Position numbers and translations under genes: made by a program. The notes below the pieces were generated by a model that saw only the letters and a list, made by a program, of their open reading frames with translations, was not told where the DNA came from and did not search any database. 38,475 bases of DNA from an uncultured Bacteriovoracaceae bacterium (GTDB lineage: Bacteria; Bdellovibrionota; UBA1018). The first letter of the stretch is position 1; the number at the start of each line of letters is the position of its first letter. The stretch lies in contig CAYNDM010000002.1 in NCBI GenBank assembly GCA_964395265.1, positions 1 to 38,475 on the forward strand. Direction: 5' to 3'. Below, in pieces: positions 16,384 through 26,627 of the stretch.

Positions 16384-17493
16384 TTACCAGCTGTAAGACA
16401 AGCTTGCAGCGGTGAAGAGGCCACCGGTGAAGTCGAATACTGCATTGTCGACGTTCTCGGTGCCGGGATTGTTTGAACCCGTGCCGACTGCCCAATCAAA
16501 GGACACTTTATCGAAGTTGAACGAAGCACCAAGAGCTGCGTCCACGTCAGAAGCATTGGTCGTTTCACCCTGGCGATCCACCAGGAAGTACTGAAGACCC
16601 GCGCGTCCAGTGATCCAGCTTGCGAACTGGGACTCGATCGAGACGTTGATCGGAAGCGCCTGGCGATTCAGACCCAGGGTCTCAGACGTTGCGGTTCCAA
16701 GTTCAGTGCGATTGCGACCCGACCAGTAGCTGATGGCGTAGTTCAGGCTGGTGGTTTCGGTGGCTTTCATTGTACGTCCGATCCCAACGCCCCAGGCATT
16801 TACGCTTTGCTTTGCTTGGCCCTGGAGGGTCTGATTCCGCGAAACGAATGCAGCGTAAGGAATCCACTCACCCCATTTGTAACGGGTACCGACGGTGAAG
16901 CCGCCGAATTTGTTTTCGACGTTTTCCACGGTTTTGTCCTTACCAGCGAAGGTCAAGCGTGCGAAAGGCTCGAAGCCTTCGATCTGAGCACCAGCGCTCA
17001 AAGCCATCTCGGTTGCGGTGCGATCCTTGGCCGCCTGAGCTTTACCGTACATGAAGCCCAAGCCCCACTTCACACCCATATCGCCGCCCACAAAAATCTC
17101 GATGGGTTGCAATTCGGCGTCACTGACGCCAGCGGGGTTAGTAGCATTGTTTGCTCCAGCTCCGTAAGTTCCTTCAAGAGCCGTGATGCGGTTGAAGAAA
17201 AGGCCGGCAGAGATCGAGCCGAAGTTCGTGAAAACGCCGCCTTCAGCACCGGTGCCGGTAGTACCGTAGTTGTTCCACTTCTCTACGATCGCGAAGTTCT
17301 TCACGTCGTTCACGTAAGAAGGGTTGTAGAAGATGTTGTAGTTGTCGTCGTAATAGAACGTTCCGTGGGTGTTCGGAAGCACGCCGATCGCGGCTCCTTG
17401 TCCCATGGTGAGGATGCGAGCGCGAGAAGCGAAAGCATCACCCGAAGCCATCAATACCAATCCAGCAACGCTGAGTGCAACGATGCGTTTCAT
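16384..17493 (-). CDS. Outer-membrane porin-like beta-barrel protein
   Basis: GGAGG lies 8 nt upstream of the ATG. Signal peptide MKRIVALSVAGLVLMASGDAFA. The protein is Gly/Asn/Thr/aromatic-rich with alternating strands and ends ..AASLSYSW. Confidence 0.75.
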   Translation of the reverse strand: MKRIVALSVAGLVLMASGDAFASRARILTMGQGAAIGVLPNTHGTFYYDDNYNIFYNPSYVNDVKNFAIVEKWNNYGTTGTGAEGGVFTNFGSISAGLFFNRITALEGTYGAGANNATNPAGVSDAELQPIEIFVGGDMGVKWGLGFMYGKAQAAKDRTATEMALSAGAQIEGFEPFARLTFAGKDKTVENVENKFGGFTVGTRYKWGEWIPYAAFVSRNQTLQGQAKQSVNAWGVGIGRTMKATETTSLNYAISYWSGRNRTELGTATSETLGLNRQALPINVSIESQFASWITGRAGLQYFLVDRQGETTNASDVDAALGASFNFDKVSFDWAVGTGSNNPGTENVDNAVFDFTGGLFTAASLSYSW

Positions 17494-17600
17494 GTACTAT
17501 TCCTCCATTCGTTGATGGTTCGCCCGATTCCTCACTCCGGAGGTTCACAGTTCGAACGAACCCACACTCGTTCTGCTGGCGGCCCTGCACCGTGCAGATG

Positions 17601-17690
17601 TAGTCCAGTTTGGATCCCAGGCGCGCCTGTTCTTTGATTCACTCCGTCACGAAGTGCCGGAGTGGGTAAATCAAGATCCAAACTGTACTG
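17601..17690. repeat. Nested inverted repeats (multi-stem element) upstream of the porin gene
   Basis: Outer arms: CAGTTTGGATC (17606-17616) / GATCCAAACTG (17675-17685). These enclose the 12-nt palindrome CAGGCGCGCCTG (17618-17629) and the hairpin CACTCCG (17640-17646) / CGGAGTG (17658-17664). Confidence 0.6.
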
Positions 17691-17989
17691 CGTTTGTCAG
17701 AAGAGCGAGTGCTTAGGACCAGACTGCTATGGCTCTGACATAGTGTCAACCGATAAACATTACGCAAGAGGTAGTGTTGTCTTGCGAAGTGTCAAATTTC
17801 TCTCGCCATCGCTTTATCGATGGCTTCTTGAGCGTCGCGCCAAGAGTCCGTGGAGAAAGAGCGTAGGAGTTCGGTTTGGATTCAAAGTCCGTCGCAGATT
17901 TCTGCGCACACGAACTGCGCTTGCGGGCAAGGCCAGGATGGCCGGTCCACGGTGAACATTGAATCCACCCTGAATTCCCGCGCTCTCTC

Positions 17990-18940
17990 TCAGCGTCTTT
18001 TCAGTGCAACGTATGCCGCGCCCAAAACTCCCGCGGAGTTTTCGAGCTTCGAAACCGCTAGCCGCGGCATGAGGTCGATGCCCACGCGCCGCCGCGCGAG
18101 CAGGCGCTCGAGGCGGGCTTCGGTTTCTTTCAGAAAAAGATCCGCCGCGTTCGCGAAGCTTCCCGTGAAAACGATGATCTGCGGGCAGTAAAGGACGACG
18201 TAATTGTGAAGCGCCACCGCCATGATCTCCGCGTACTCCTGAAAAGCCGCCAGCGCCCGCGGGTCGCGTTTGCGCGCCAGCTCCGCGATGTCCTTCGCGT
18301 GCAGCTCCGCGTTTGCGAATCGCGCACGGGCTCTTCGGGTGAAGTTTCGGCCGGAGAGGTAGGCTTCCGCGCAGCCCAGGTTGCCGCATCCGCAGGGCGC
18401 CGAGCTGTCTGCGTAATTCAAAATAACGTGCCCTGCCTCGGGATGCTGGTTTCTCCCGGCTCGAACCAGCTCGCCGTTCACCAGCATCCCGGTGCCCAGC
18501 CCCGTTCCCAAAGTCAGGATCATCGCGTTCGGATAGCGCTTGGCTCGGCCCAACCAGGCCTCCGCAAGCATTGCTGCTGCCGCATCATTCTCGAGGTGAA
18601 CGGGCCGTTTGAGTTTTCTGCTCATGATCGAGGCGAGAGGAACACGACCCCAGCTTCCTTCAGGGCTCACGAAGTTCGTCGGATCCAGCAGCACGCCCTG
18701 GGTCGGGTCGAGCGGTCCCGCCGAAGCGAGCCCGACCTGCTTGATCGAAGGGTAACGCTTCAGGAACTCGTTGCCCAAGTCACAAAGTTGACGGATGACA
18801 GCCTGCTTGCCTTTTTGGATCGCCACCGGCACTCGCGTTTCTTGGAGGATCTTTCCTCGCGAGTCAACGACGGCGGCGTGGACCTTGGTTCCACCCAGAT
18901 CATACGCGAGAACAATGGGGTTTCGGACTTTCTGTGTCAT
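17990..18940 (-). CDS. ROK-family sugar kinase (glucokinase-like)
   Basis: N-terminal ATP motif [13 protein letters not shown] signature region [14 protein letters not shown], and Zn-binding [12 protein letters not shown]. Confidence 0.8.
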   Translation of the reverse strand: MTQKVRNPIVLAYDLGGTKVHAAVVDSRGKILQETRVPVAIQKGKQAVIRQLCDLGNEFLKRYPSIKQVGLASAGPLDPTQGVLLDPTNFVSPEGSWGRVPLASIMSRKLKRPVHLENDAAAAMLAEAWLGRAKRYPNAMILTLGTGLGTGMLVNGELVRAGRNQHPEAGHVILNYADSSAPCGCGNLGCAEAYLSGRNFTRRARARFANAELHAKDIAELARKRDPRALAAFQEYAEIMAVALHNYVVLYCPQIIVFTGSFANAADLFLKETEARLERLLARRRVGIDLMPRLAVSKLENSAGVLGAAYVALKRR

Positions 18941-18963
18941 CGGAGTCCATGTACCATAGGGTT

Positions 18964-21693
18964 ATGGATAACCGACATGGAAGTTCGCGTGGTTCCAAGA
19001 GGGAACCCAGGTCCAGCCGATCCTCTTCTGATTCCTTCACCAAGAACCTGCCCAACGAAGTCGGAAGCATTTTGGTCTTCGCGTCAGGTCTTTTCGCCTT
19101 GGCGGCGCTCTTGACTTACCATCCCGGCGATCCGTCGTTTTTTAGCAATGCAAGTTCCGCGGCTAAGAACGCCTGCGGGAAGATCGGAGCCTATGTCGCG
19201 TCCGGAATGCTGGGGTATTTCGGGATGGGGGCATTCCTCTTTCCGGCGGCTCTTCTCTTCATCGCCGCGGCAATCCACAAGAGGGAGGGAGTGGTCAGGC
19301 TCCTGGGCACTTTGGGGGGTATGGCGATCTCGGTCATGTCGCTGACCGTTTTTCTCACGCTCCAGTGGAAGTACTGGCCCTTCGCGGGCACCCTCCTTTT
19401 GACTGGAGGCGCGTTCGGTGCCTGGTTCGCCGAAGGCCTGTTGCAACAATTCAATCCGCTGGGCTCCTCGATCGTTTCGCTCGGGGTTTTCTTCGTCGCG
19501 ATCGTTCTCTCGACCCCGATCAGCGTGGCGCGCTGGGGTGCTGCCGCTATCGGCATGGCTTGGCGCGTGACCCGTACCATTGTCCTTCGAGGCGGAAGGA
19601 TCCTGGCGACCTATCTCTTTTATCTGCTCGGCCTTCTAGGCATGCGCTTGGCGCATGGAGCTGGGGATCTCCTTCAGAAAATGATCGAGGCTGCCGCCAA
19701 ACGCGCTCGCGAGCGTGGACGCGCGATTGCCGATCAGTCGACCCGCCGCAAGGAGATTGAAGTGAAGTCCTCCGTCGTGATCGGTCCTGAAGACGCCGAC
19801 GAGCAGGACGATACGGAAGAAGAACTGAACTTCGCCGAGCTCGAGGATTATGACGAAGAGGACCCTTCGGCTAGCCAGAAGAAGCTTCCCCTGAAGAAAC
19901 GCAAGCAACCCGAGATCGTCATGGGGACAGAGGCCGCTCGTTCCGCTCTCGAAGGGCCCGAGAACGAAGTGCCCAATGCACTTCCGGAGCTGGAGAAGGG
20001 GAGCTCGGGTTCGCTCGCGAGAGCTTCGTCCGCGACCGCGCCACAGATTCTTCCTCCCGAGCCCAACAGGACCTCGGCCACGGATTCGAAGGCGCCTCAG
20101 AGCGATAAAGAAAGAGCTGAAAGGGCGGCTGCGAAAGCCGCCGAGAAACTGGCCCGCGCCGCCCAGCGCGCGAAGAAGGGGCAGTGGAAGCTTCCTACCG
20201 TCGAATTCCTCAACAAGCCTCCGAAGGTCGAGTCCCAGATCGACCGCGAGCGCCTGCTTCAGAACTCGCAGATCCTCAAGCAGAAGTTCGCCGATTTCGG
20301 GATCGACGGCGAAGTGACCGCCGTTCGTCCTGGGCCCGTGATCACGCTCTACGAATTCAAGCCCGGGCCCGGCGTGAAGGTCTCGCGCATCGCCGCGCTG
20401 GCCGACGACCTTTCGATGGCGCTTTCGGCGCAGAGCGTGCGCATCCTCGCTCCGCTCCCCGGCAAGTCGGTCGTGGGGATCGAAATTCCCAGCGAGAAGC
20501 GCGAGACAGTTTACATGCGCGAGTTCCTTCAGCACCCGGACTTCTACGGGCCGAAGCACTCGATCCCGGTCATCATGGGCAAGGACATCGGCGGAAGCTG
20601 TTACCTTTCGGACCTGGCTCGCATGCCCCACTTGCTTTGCGCGGGGCAGACGGGAGCTGGCAAGTCCGTGTTCATGAACAGCCTGATTTGCTCGCTCTTT
20701 TACCGCTTCACGCCCGACGAGCTTCGCATGATCCTGGTCGATCCCAAGTTCATCGAGTTTCGCGCTTATCAGGACATCCCGCATCTCCTGCTTCCCGTGG
20801 TCGACGACCCTCACCAGGCGAGCACCGCGCTCAAGTGGGCCGTTCGCGAGATGGAGCGCCGGTATCGGATCCTGGCCATGATGGGAGCGAGGAACCTCGC
20901 TTCGTTCAATCAGAAGGTCGAGGAGATGGGCTCCGACGTCGTGCGCGACCTACTGCTCTCCGAGGAGAACCAGCAAGAAGGGATTCAGAACCTTTCGGGT
21001 GGGGACTGGATCGAGGCGTTCGAGCCGGACGAGACCGGCGCTCCTCGGATCGACAAGCTGCCCTACATCGTCATCATCATCGACGAGCTCGCCGATCTCA
21101 TGATGATCGCGAAAAAAGAGGTCGAGATCTCTATCGCGCGGATCGCCCAGAAAGCGCGCGCCGCCGGGATCCATCTCGTCATCGCGACGCAGCGACCTTC
21201 GACGGACGTCATCACGGGTCTCATCAAGGCGAACTTGCCGTCGCGGGTGTACTTTCAGCTGGCAAGCTACATCGACTCGAAGACCATCCTGGATCGCGCG
21301 GGTGCGGAGCGCCTTCTGGGCCAAGGCGATATGCTCTTCATCCCGCCGGGTGTCTCGCAGAACCTGCGCCTGCATGGCGCGTACGTCACCGACGACGAGA
21401 TCAACAAGGTCACCTCGTTCCTCAAGGCCCAGGGCAAGCCCGCCTACCGCGACGAGATCCTGGTCGACGATTCGGAGGAGGAAAGCGGAGATGGTGGCGA
21501 AGAGGCCGACGACGCGCTCTTCGGAGAGGCGCTCGAGCTGGTTCGCCGGTCAGGGCATGCCTCGGCGAGCTTTCTTCAGCGCCATCTCAAGGTCGGCTAT
21601 AACCGCGCCGCGCGGATGATCGAAACCATGGAAGCGCGCGGGATCGTGGGTCCCGCCGAAGGATCCAGGCCGCGCGAAGTCTTGATGAGATAA
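18964..21693 (+). CDS. ftsK: DNA translocase FtsK/SpoIIIE
   Basis: N-terminal TM helices, a long acidic/Pro-rich linker, and the motor domain with Walker [10 protein letters not shown] and Walker [12 protein letters not shown]. The C-terminal gamma wHTH is [29 protein letters not shown]. The start is ATG 18964 (MDNRHG) or 18934; the latter overlaps the divergent ROK start. Confidence 0.9.
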   Translation: MDNRHGSSRGSKREPRSSRSSSDSFTKNLPNEVGSILVFASGLFALAALLTYHPGDPSFFSNASSAAKNACGKIGAYVASGMLGYFGMGAFLFPAALLFIAAAIHKREGVVRLLGTLGGMAISVMSLTVFLTLQWKYWPFAGTLLLTGGAFGAWFAEGLLQQFNPLGSSIVSLGVFFVAIVLSTPISVARWGAAAIGMAWRVTRTIVLRGGRILATYLFYLLGLLGMRLAHGAGDLLQKMIEAAAKRARERGRAIADQSTRRKEIEVKSSVVIGPEDADEQDDTEEELNFAELEDYDEEDPSASQKKLPLKKRKQPEIVMGTEAARSALEGPENEVPNALPELEKGSSGSLARASSATAPQILPPEPNRTSATDSKAPQSDKERAERAAAKAAEKLARAAQRAKKGQWKLPTVEFLNKPPKVESQIDRERLLQNSQILKQKFADFGIDGEVTAVRPGPVITLYEFKPGPGVKVSRIAALADDLSMALSAQSVRILAPLPGKSVVGIEIPSEKRETVYMREFLQHPDFYGPKHSIPVIMGKDIGGSCYLSDLARMPHLLCAGQTGAGKSVFMNSLICSLFYRFTPDELRMILVDPKFIEFRAYQDIPHLLLPVVDDPHQASTALKWAVREMERRYRILAMMGARNLASFNQKVEEMGSDVVRDLLLSEENQQEGIQNLSGGDWIEAFEPDETGAPRIDKLPYIVIIIDELADLMMIAKKEVEISIARIAQKARAAGIHLVIATQRPSTDVITGLIKANLPSRVYFQLASYIDSKTILDRAGAERLLGQGDMLFIPPGVSQNLRLHGAYVTDDEINKVTSFLKAQGKPAYRDEILVDDSEEESGDGGEEADDALFGEALELVRRSGHASASFLQRHLKVGYNRAARMIETMEARGIVGPAEGSRPREVLMR

Positions 21694-21739
21694 GCCGGCC
21701 TACTCACTGGGAGCCGTCCAACGAAGGACGAAGAAAGCC

Positions 21740-22684
21740 TCAACAGGAGATCAGGCTGAAGAAACAGAATCCCATGCGGACGTCCCGGTAGCTCTTTTTG
21801 TTGCTGAAAAGGACGATGGCTTCGGTCCGAGCTCCCGGATGAACGACGAAGATCAGCGTCAGCGCGGACTGGACAATCTTGTAGATGCCCAGGCCCGCGC
21901 CGGGGTCGTTGATCGGAGCGATATAATCAGAGGAGCTGAAGTTCGCTCCCAGCTTTCCTATGATCTTGTCGGGCCTGAGCGAGCCGAATTGGTCGCAAAT
22001 CCGGATTCCGACAAGCTCGGGAGTGATGCCGACCTCGATCTCGACCTTCTCTTTGGGTGAAAGCTCGAAACCGTCCGCCCGATTCAGGCTCCGGCGGTAG
22101 TGCCCCTTTCCTTCTTCCCATGGGGCGTCGAAGATGGCGTTCATCAGGAGCTCGTCGGTCGCATCGGCTCCCAGTCCGGCGAGCTTCGGGATCACGCCGT
22201 TTTCGATGAGGAGTTGCTGGACCTGCTCGACCCGATCGTATTTTTCCAGGGAATGGGAAAGCGAGGATCTGAAGCTGAAGGTCATGGGGCCTTTCAGGAA
22301 ATCCTCGAGCGAGAAGGGCGATTTCGAGATGGCGCGCTCGATGAGCTTTGCGCAAAGGAAATCCGCCGGGGATACGTAGCGCCGATAAAGATGGTGGGCG
22401 AAAACCGGAGGAAGGAACAGCTCGGGAATATGGCTGACCTTCTCGTCGGTGATCGCGAAGACGTTATGCGGAGTGCCTCGTTCCTGAATCAGGCTCACCA
22501 ACTCTCTGAGCTTCGGGCATTGCGCATCCCAGAAAATGAGCGCTCTGTCATTGCGATCCAGTATCCCTGAGATGCTTTTGGCATCGGTCGCCTGCGTGAG
22601 CGGCAGGCCGGCTCTGGAGGCGACCTGGCTCCAAAACTGGATATCTTGGGTATTATTGGAGACCAGGAGTATCTCGGGGGTCAT
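21740..22684 (-). CDS. Pseudo-receiver + GHKL (RsbW/SpoIIAB-like HATPase) domain protein
   Basis: The N-terminal ~110 aa have a CheY-like layout (ILLVSNN...ALIFWDA...VFAIT) without an obvious acidic pocket. The C-terminus has an N-box-like DELLMNAIFDA, a G1-like ICDQFGSL and a G2-like GAGLGIYKI. Confidence 0.5.
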   Translation of the reverse strand: MTPEILLVSNNTQDIQFWSQVASRAGLPLTQATDAKSISGILDRNDRALIFWDAQCPKLRELVSLIQERGTPHNVFAITDEKVSHIPELFLPPVFAHHLYRRYVSPADFLCAKLIERAISKSPFSLEDFLKGPMTFSFRSSLSHSLEKYDRVEQVQQLLIENGVIPKLAGLGADATDELLMNAIFDAPWEEGKGHYRRSLNRADGFELSPKEKVEIEVGITPELVGIRICDQFGSLRPDKIIGKLGANFSSSDYIAPINDPGAGLGIYKIVQSALTLIFVVHPGARTEAIVLFSNKKSYRDVRMGFCFFSLISC

Positions 22685-22811
22685 TCCGATAATGTTAACC
22701 TGGGACTGTTGATACGCAATATTAAATGTTTTTTATGAAAATATGATATCGCAGTGATGTCAAGGTGTGCCCCGGCCCGTGAGACGCGATACCCAGAGTG
22801 TCCTAGTCACC

Positions 22812-25800
22812 TCAGGCCGGTGAAGTCTGGACCTGGCTCCTGAAAAGCTCCAAATAGACCCCCGCTTTGCGCATCAGCTCGTCATGAGTCCCTTCCTCGA
22901 CGATTTTCCCGTCCTGCATGACCAGGATCCTGTCGGCGAGCCGAACCGATGAGAGGCGATGCGCGATGATGATCGATGTGCGATCCTTGAGAATTTCTTT
23001 GAGGTTGTTCAGCAAGGTTCTCTCCGAGCGGGCGTCCAGGGCGGAGGTCGCCTCGTCCAGGATCAGGATGCGTGGATTGCGATAAAGAGTGCGAGCGAAG
23101 GAGATCCTCTGACGCTCGCCTCCTGATAGGCCTGTTCCGTTCTCCGCCAGGGTGTATTCGTAGCCCCGGGGCAGCTCCGAAATGAATTCGAAGCGTTTGC
23201 CTGTTTGGCGGCCTCGTCGATCCTGTCCTGGCATGGGGTATCGTCTCCATAGGCGATGTTGTCCAGCAGGTTACCGGCGAAAAGGTCGTTGTTCTGGTTG
23301 ATGAAGCCGATCTGGTTCCTCAGGGAGAAAATCGAGATGAAGGAGCTGTCCATGTCATCGAAGTAGATCTTTCCGGAGCTAGGCCTCAGGTTGCCTGCGA
23401 TCAGGTTCGCCAGCGTCGTTTTTCCGCATCCGCTCGCGCCGACGATCGCCACGACCTGCCGGGGATAGATCGTGAGGTCCACGTCCTGGATGACCCAAGG
23501 CGCGTCTTCCGAATGCCTGAACTGGATGCGCTCCAGGCGGATTTTCCCACGAAGGGGGAAATGATGCTTCAGGCGGGTTTCGGATGGGCTTTGTTCGGGT
23601 TCCTGGGCAAAAGTCTCGGCCAGCTTTCGAAGGGAGACGTCGAATTGCATGACCTCGAATGTCAGGTGCGAGAGCTGCAGGAACGGCTCGAAGAAGAAAC
23701 CCATCAGGATCATCGCTGACAAGATCTGCCCCGTGGACATTTCTCCATTCATCGCGAGATGTCCGCCGATCCAGACCGTGAGCACCAGAACCGCTCTGAG
23801 GAGCCATTCGATGAAGACCCGACTCGACTGGAACACCATCCAGAAGTTCCTCAGAGAGCGAATCCGAAGTACCTGCAGGGTCTCCCATTTGTGTCGCATG
23901 GCCTGCTCGATCCCCAAGGCTTTGATGGCGGTGATCGCTCCAACCTGCTCGGAGATGATGCTCTGTGATTTCGAGTCCACGTCGAAAATCCTCGAGTACA
24001 TCGCGCGAAGGCGTTTCCACGGGGCTAGCAGGAGCGTGGTCGCGAGCATCGCTGCGACGACCGCCGTCAGAGCGAGAGGTGGCGCGTAAAGCGCTAGGGC
24101 AATTAAATAGACGAGGCTGGATATCGCCCCTGTCCCGCACTCGAGGACCGGGCCGGAGAGGGTTCGCTGGATCTGCGAAACCGCTTCGACGCGCGTGAGG
24201 ATCGATCCGGTGCGGTCCGAAGCGAATCGTCGGGTTGGAAGGGCCAGCGCGTGCCGAAGGAGAGACGTCGAGAGCTCTTCGTCGAAGCGGGTGGAGAACT
24301 CGACCCGCATGAGTTCCCATGCCGCTTTCACCGCGACGGACAGGAGAATCAGGAGAACCAATCCGCCGAGAATCCATTGGAGACCGTGCCAGGATCGGCT
24401 CACGAAAACTTGATCGAGCGCGACCTGAGTCAGCACTGGCAAGCCGAGCGTCAATAGCGAGCCTATGATGCTCAGGCCGAGGATCGCGAGGAGATCGGAC
24501 CGGTATCGCGCGATCAGGCGAGTAAGGCTCAGCGTCGATGCGGGATTCTCTTGCTCAGAAAGGGCTTCGCCGTTGATGGGAGCGCGGGTTTCCAGTAGTA
24601 GTCCGTCCCAATTCTTCTCGAAGTCCTCGCTCCGGATCCGGACCACGCCGCGCGCGGGGTCATGAACCAGAAGGGGGCCGTTCCGGCCTTCTCTCTTGAG
24701 AAGGATGACCAGCCGGTGCTTGAGCATCACCAGCGCCGGCAACGCGTGCTGGGCGATCAAGCGCATGCTGGTTTTCCGGCTGGATGTCTGCACGCCGAGG
24801 GATTCGAGAATTTCGGCCAGGATCCCTAGGGAAGCCTGCTTTCTGAGGAGGAGCTGGCTTTCGATCCCCGACGGGCTGACGACGATTCCGTGCAAAGCGC
24901 AGACGTTGACGACGCTCGCGACATAGCTCATCAGATCGGATTCGGCCCTGCAGGCACCGGGAATCTCGATCGAATTCGGGCGACTCTCCGTCGAGAGACC
25001 GACCACGGTTTCTCCCGGGAGCTCGCTCAATCCTCCCTGCCTGAGTTCCGAGGATCTCGTCGCGCTCGCCGTCGCGTAGATCCACGGGTCGTCAAAGATC
25101 GGCTCGAGCAATCCAAGGCTTTCGAACAGGGGCGCGGCTCGCGAAAGATCGAGCTGGTGGACCATCGAAAGCTCGCTGGCAATCGCCGTGTAGGAGAGGC
25201 GATGAGGAGGGACGATGGCTTGTCCTCCGATCCAGGTCCCGGAGCCGGCTTCCGTCGTGAGAGGGGCGGAGCCTTCGGTTGCCCGGATGGTGAACTTTCC
25301 GGATAGGACAAAGTGGATGAATCCCTCCGTGAGAGCGGTCGAGACGGGAATCTCGCGAGGATCCGGGGGAATGAGGGAAATTAGATGGATGATGCTGGAT
25401 TGGGCGATCCCGCGGTCTTCGAGAAAGCGTCTGAACGAACGAACGGCAGGCGAGCTGGATACGAGCTTGAGGTAAGCCAGGCAGTCCGGTCGCAGGGAGA
25501 GCTGCTCCATGAACCTGTTCGCCGGCAGAGTGATCACTTTAGTGCGGGTCTCGGCGAAAGCCGAACGGGCGTGGGGGCGGCCTTGGATGAGGTCCGGGAG
25601 CGAAAGCGCTCGGTGCTTCTGCAGGTAACCCGTTTCGCCTCGTTCGGACGAGAGACGGAGGCCGTGGTCGATCGGGATGATCAGCTCGGTGATCGGCTCG
25701 CCTTCGGTCGTGATCTGCGCGTCGGGAGCGTATGAGCGAACAGTCCCCTCGTTCAAGAGCATTTGCTCAAGCTCGGGAAGGATGGCCAGGAGCGAGCTTT

Positions 25801-25837
25801 CCTTCAATTCGATCAGGATTTTCGAAAAGGTCGCCAT
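22812..25837 (-). CDS. ABC exporter with two N-terminal cNMP-binding-like domains and a Cys-less C39-like domain; reading frame broken once in the NBD (frameshift near 23190)
   Basis: Track ORFs 23063..25837 and 22812..23234 are one gene. The first carries a CNB-like PBC (GRPHARSAFAE), a C39-like region lacking the catalytic Cys (ESDLMSYVASVVNV.. but KHRLVIL, VHDPARG), six-TM ABC_membrane and Walker A GASGCGKTT. The second continues with FEFISELPRGYEYTLAENGTGLSGGERQR, ILILDEATSALD and IIAHRL. The junction reads ..IDEAAKQANA/FEFISEL.. if one base is added at GCTTCG (plus-strand AA at 23191-23192). Confidence 0.8.
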
Positions 25838-25843
25838 GATCGG

Positions 25844-26467
25844 TCACTCGCCCGAATTCACGCCAAAGCCCAAAAAGCGCTCCGAGACCAAAGAGATGAT
25901 TCGTTGGCTCTCTGTGATGATGGATGCCTTCACGCTCATGCCCGAGCGCAAGGGATAGTCGCGGACGTAGACTTGCAAGGCAGGGTTCTCGATTCTGGCG
26001 AATACGACGTGGCAGTGAGGTTTTTTCGAGTCGCAGTCATCGGAGACGACCGGTTGCGATTCGATCACGGCGGTCAGGGTTCCGAAACTTTCTTCTGGAT
26101 AGGGATCGACGCGAATCACTGCTTTCGATCCTTGCTTCACTCGAAGGATGCCATGAGGAGGAACCTCGAGCTTGGCGAATACGCCGGAAGCGGACGGGGC
26201 GGCTTTGGTAGCTCCGGTCCGCGAAGAAAGCTTCACATCTGGGGCGGGGGATTCGTGAGGGAGGAAAAGAGTGCCGCGCGCGTCGAGGGTGACCGTTGTT
26301 CGCGCGAAGATCGAGAACGCCAGGAGGCCTCCCAGGCACGCGGTGAGGGAGTAGAGCATGAGCCTGACCGAGAATGAAGGAGGAGTCCTGATGAAGTCAG
26401 CTGTTGTCCAGGCGACTTCCGTAGCGTGATACTCCAGGCTCGCGCGTCTTCCTAAGTCCTCATCCAT
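25844..26467 (-). CDS. Short HlyD-family membrane-fusion-like protein (no coiled-coil hairpin)
   Basis: N-terminal TM (LMLYSLTACLGGLLAFSIF). Beta-rich segments typical of MFP barrel domains follow (GILRVKQGSKAVIRVDPYPEESFGTLTAVIES; LRSGMSVKASIITESQRIISLV). It ends 6 nt before the ABC gene start, suggesting an operon. Confidence 0.6.
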   Translation of the reverse strand: MDEDLGRRASLEYHATEVAWTTADFIRTPPSFSVRLMLYSLTACLGGLLAFSIFARTTVTLDARGTLFLPHESPAPDVKLSSRTGATKAAPSASGVFAKLEVPPHGILRVKQGSKAVIRVDPYPEESFGTLTAVIESQPVVSDDCDSKKPHCHVVFARIENPALQVYVRDYPLRSGMSVKASIITESQRIISLVSERFLGFGVNSGE

Positions 26468-26627
26468 CGTTGTGTCATGATCAGTGTAATCTTCGCCTTG
26501 CGAGGCTCACAAGAAATTACTTTTCAATGTCGGATAGGTTTCCTAGGCTTATACGATGGGGTGACGGATCGCATCGCGGACCGGCCCATTCAAGGGCGTC
26601 AAGGGAATGGCATAATCTCGCCGAAGC

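Noticed and set aside
10460-17637. Other long antisense or overlapping ORFs: 10460..11602 (-), 11713..12285 (-), 13114..13992 (-), 14428..14874 (+), 16807..17637 (+)
   Set aside because: Each lies entirely within a gene on the opposite strand that has clear domain motifs or a signal peptide, and none has recognisable motifs of its own.
19636-21602. Long ORFs inside ftsK: 19636..20814 (-) 392 aa and 20184..21602 (+) 472 aa
   Set aside because: They have the Arg/Pro/Gly-rich composition typical of off-frame shadows in GC-rich DNA. The region is fully explained by the FtsK reading frame, which has unmistakable motifs.
22685-22811. A/T-rich spacer with a perfect TTGACA (minus strand, plus coordinates 22758-22763) as a promoter for the GHKL gene
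   Set aside because: I found no acceptable -10 hexamer at 16-18 nt spacing, so it is not reported as a feature. It remains a plausible promoter region only.
26595-26627. TGGCAT-N-..GC sequence just upstream of the PCAT start, resembling a sigma-54 -24/-12 promoter
   Set aside because: The GG-to-GC spacing is 9 rather than 10 nt, and the element ends only about 8 nt before the ATG. That leaves no room for a leader or SD. Both EBPs in the window also lack the sigma-54 contact loop.
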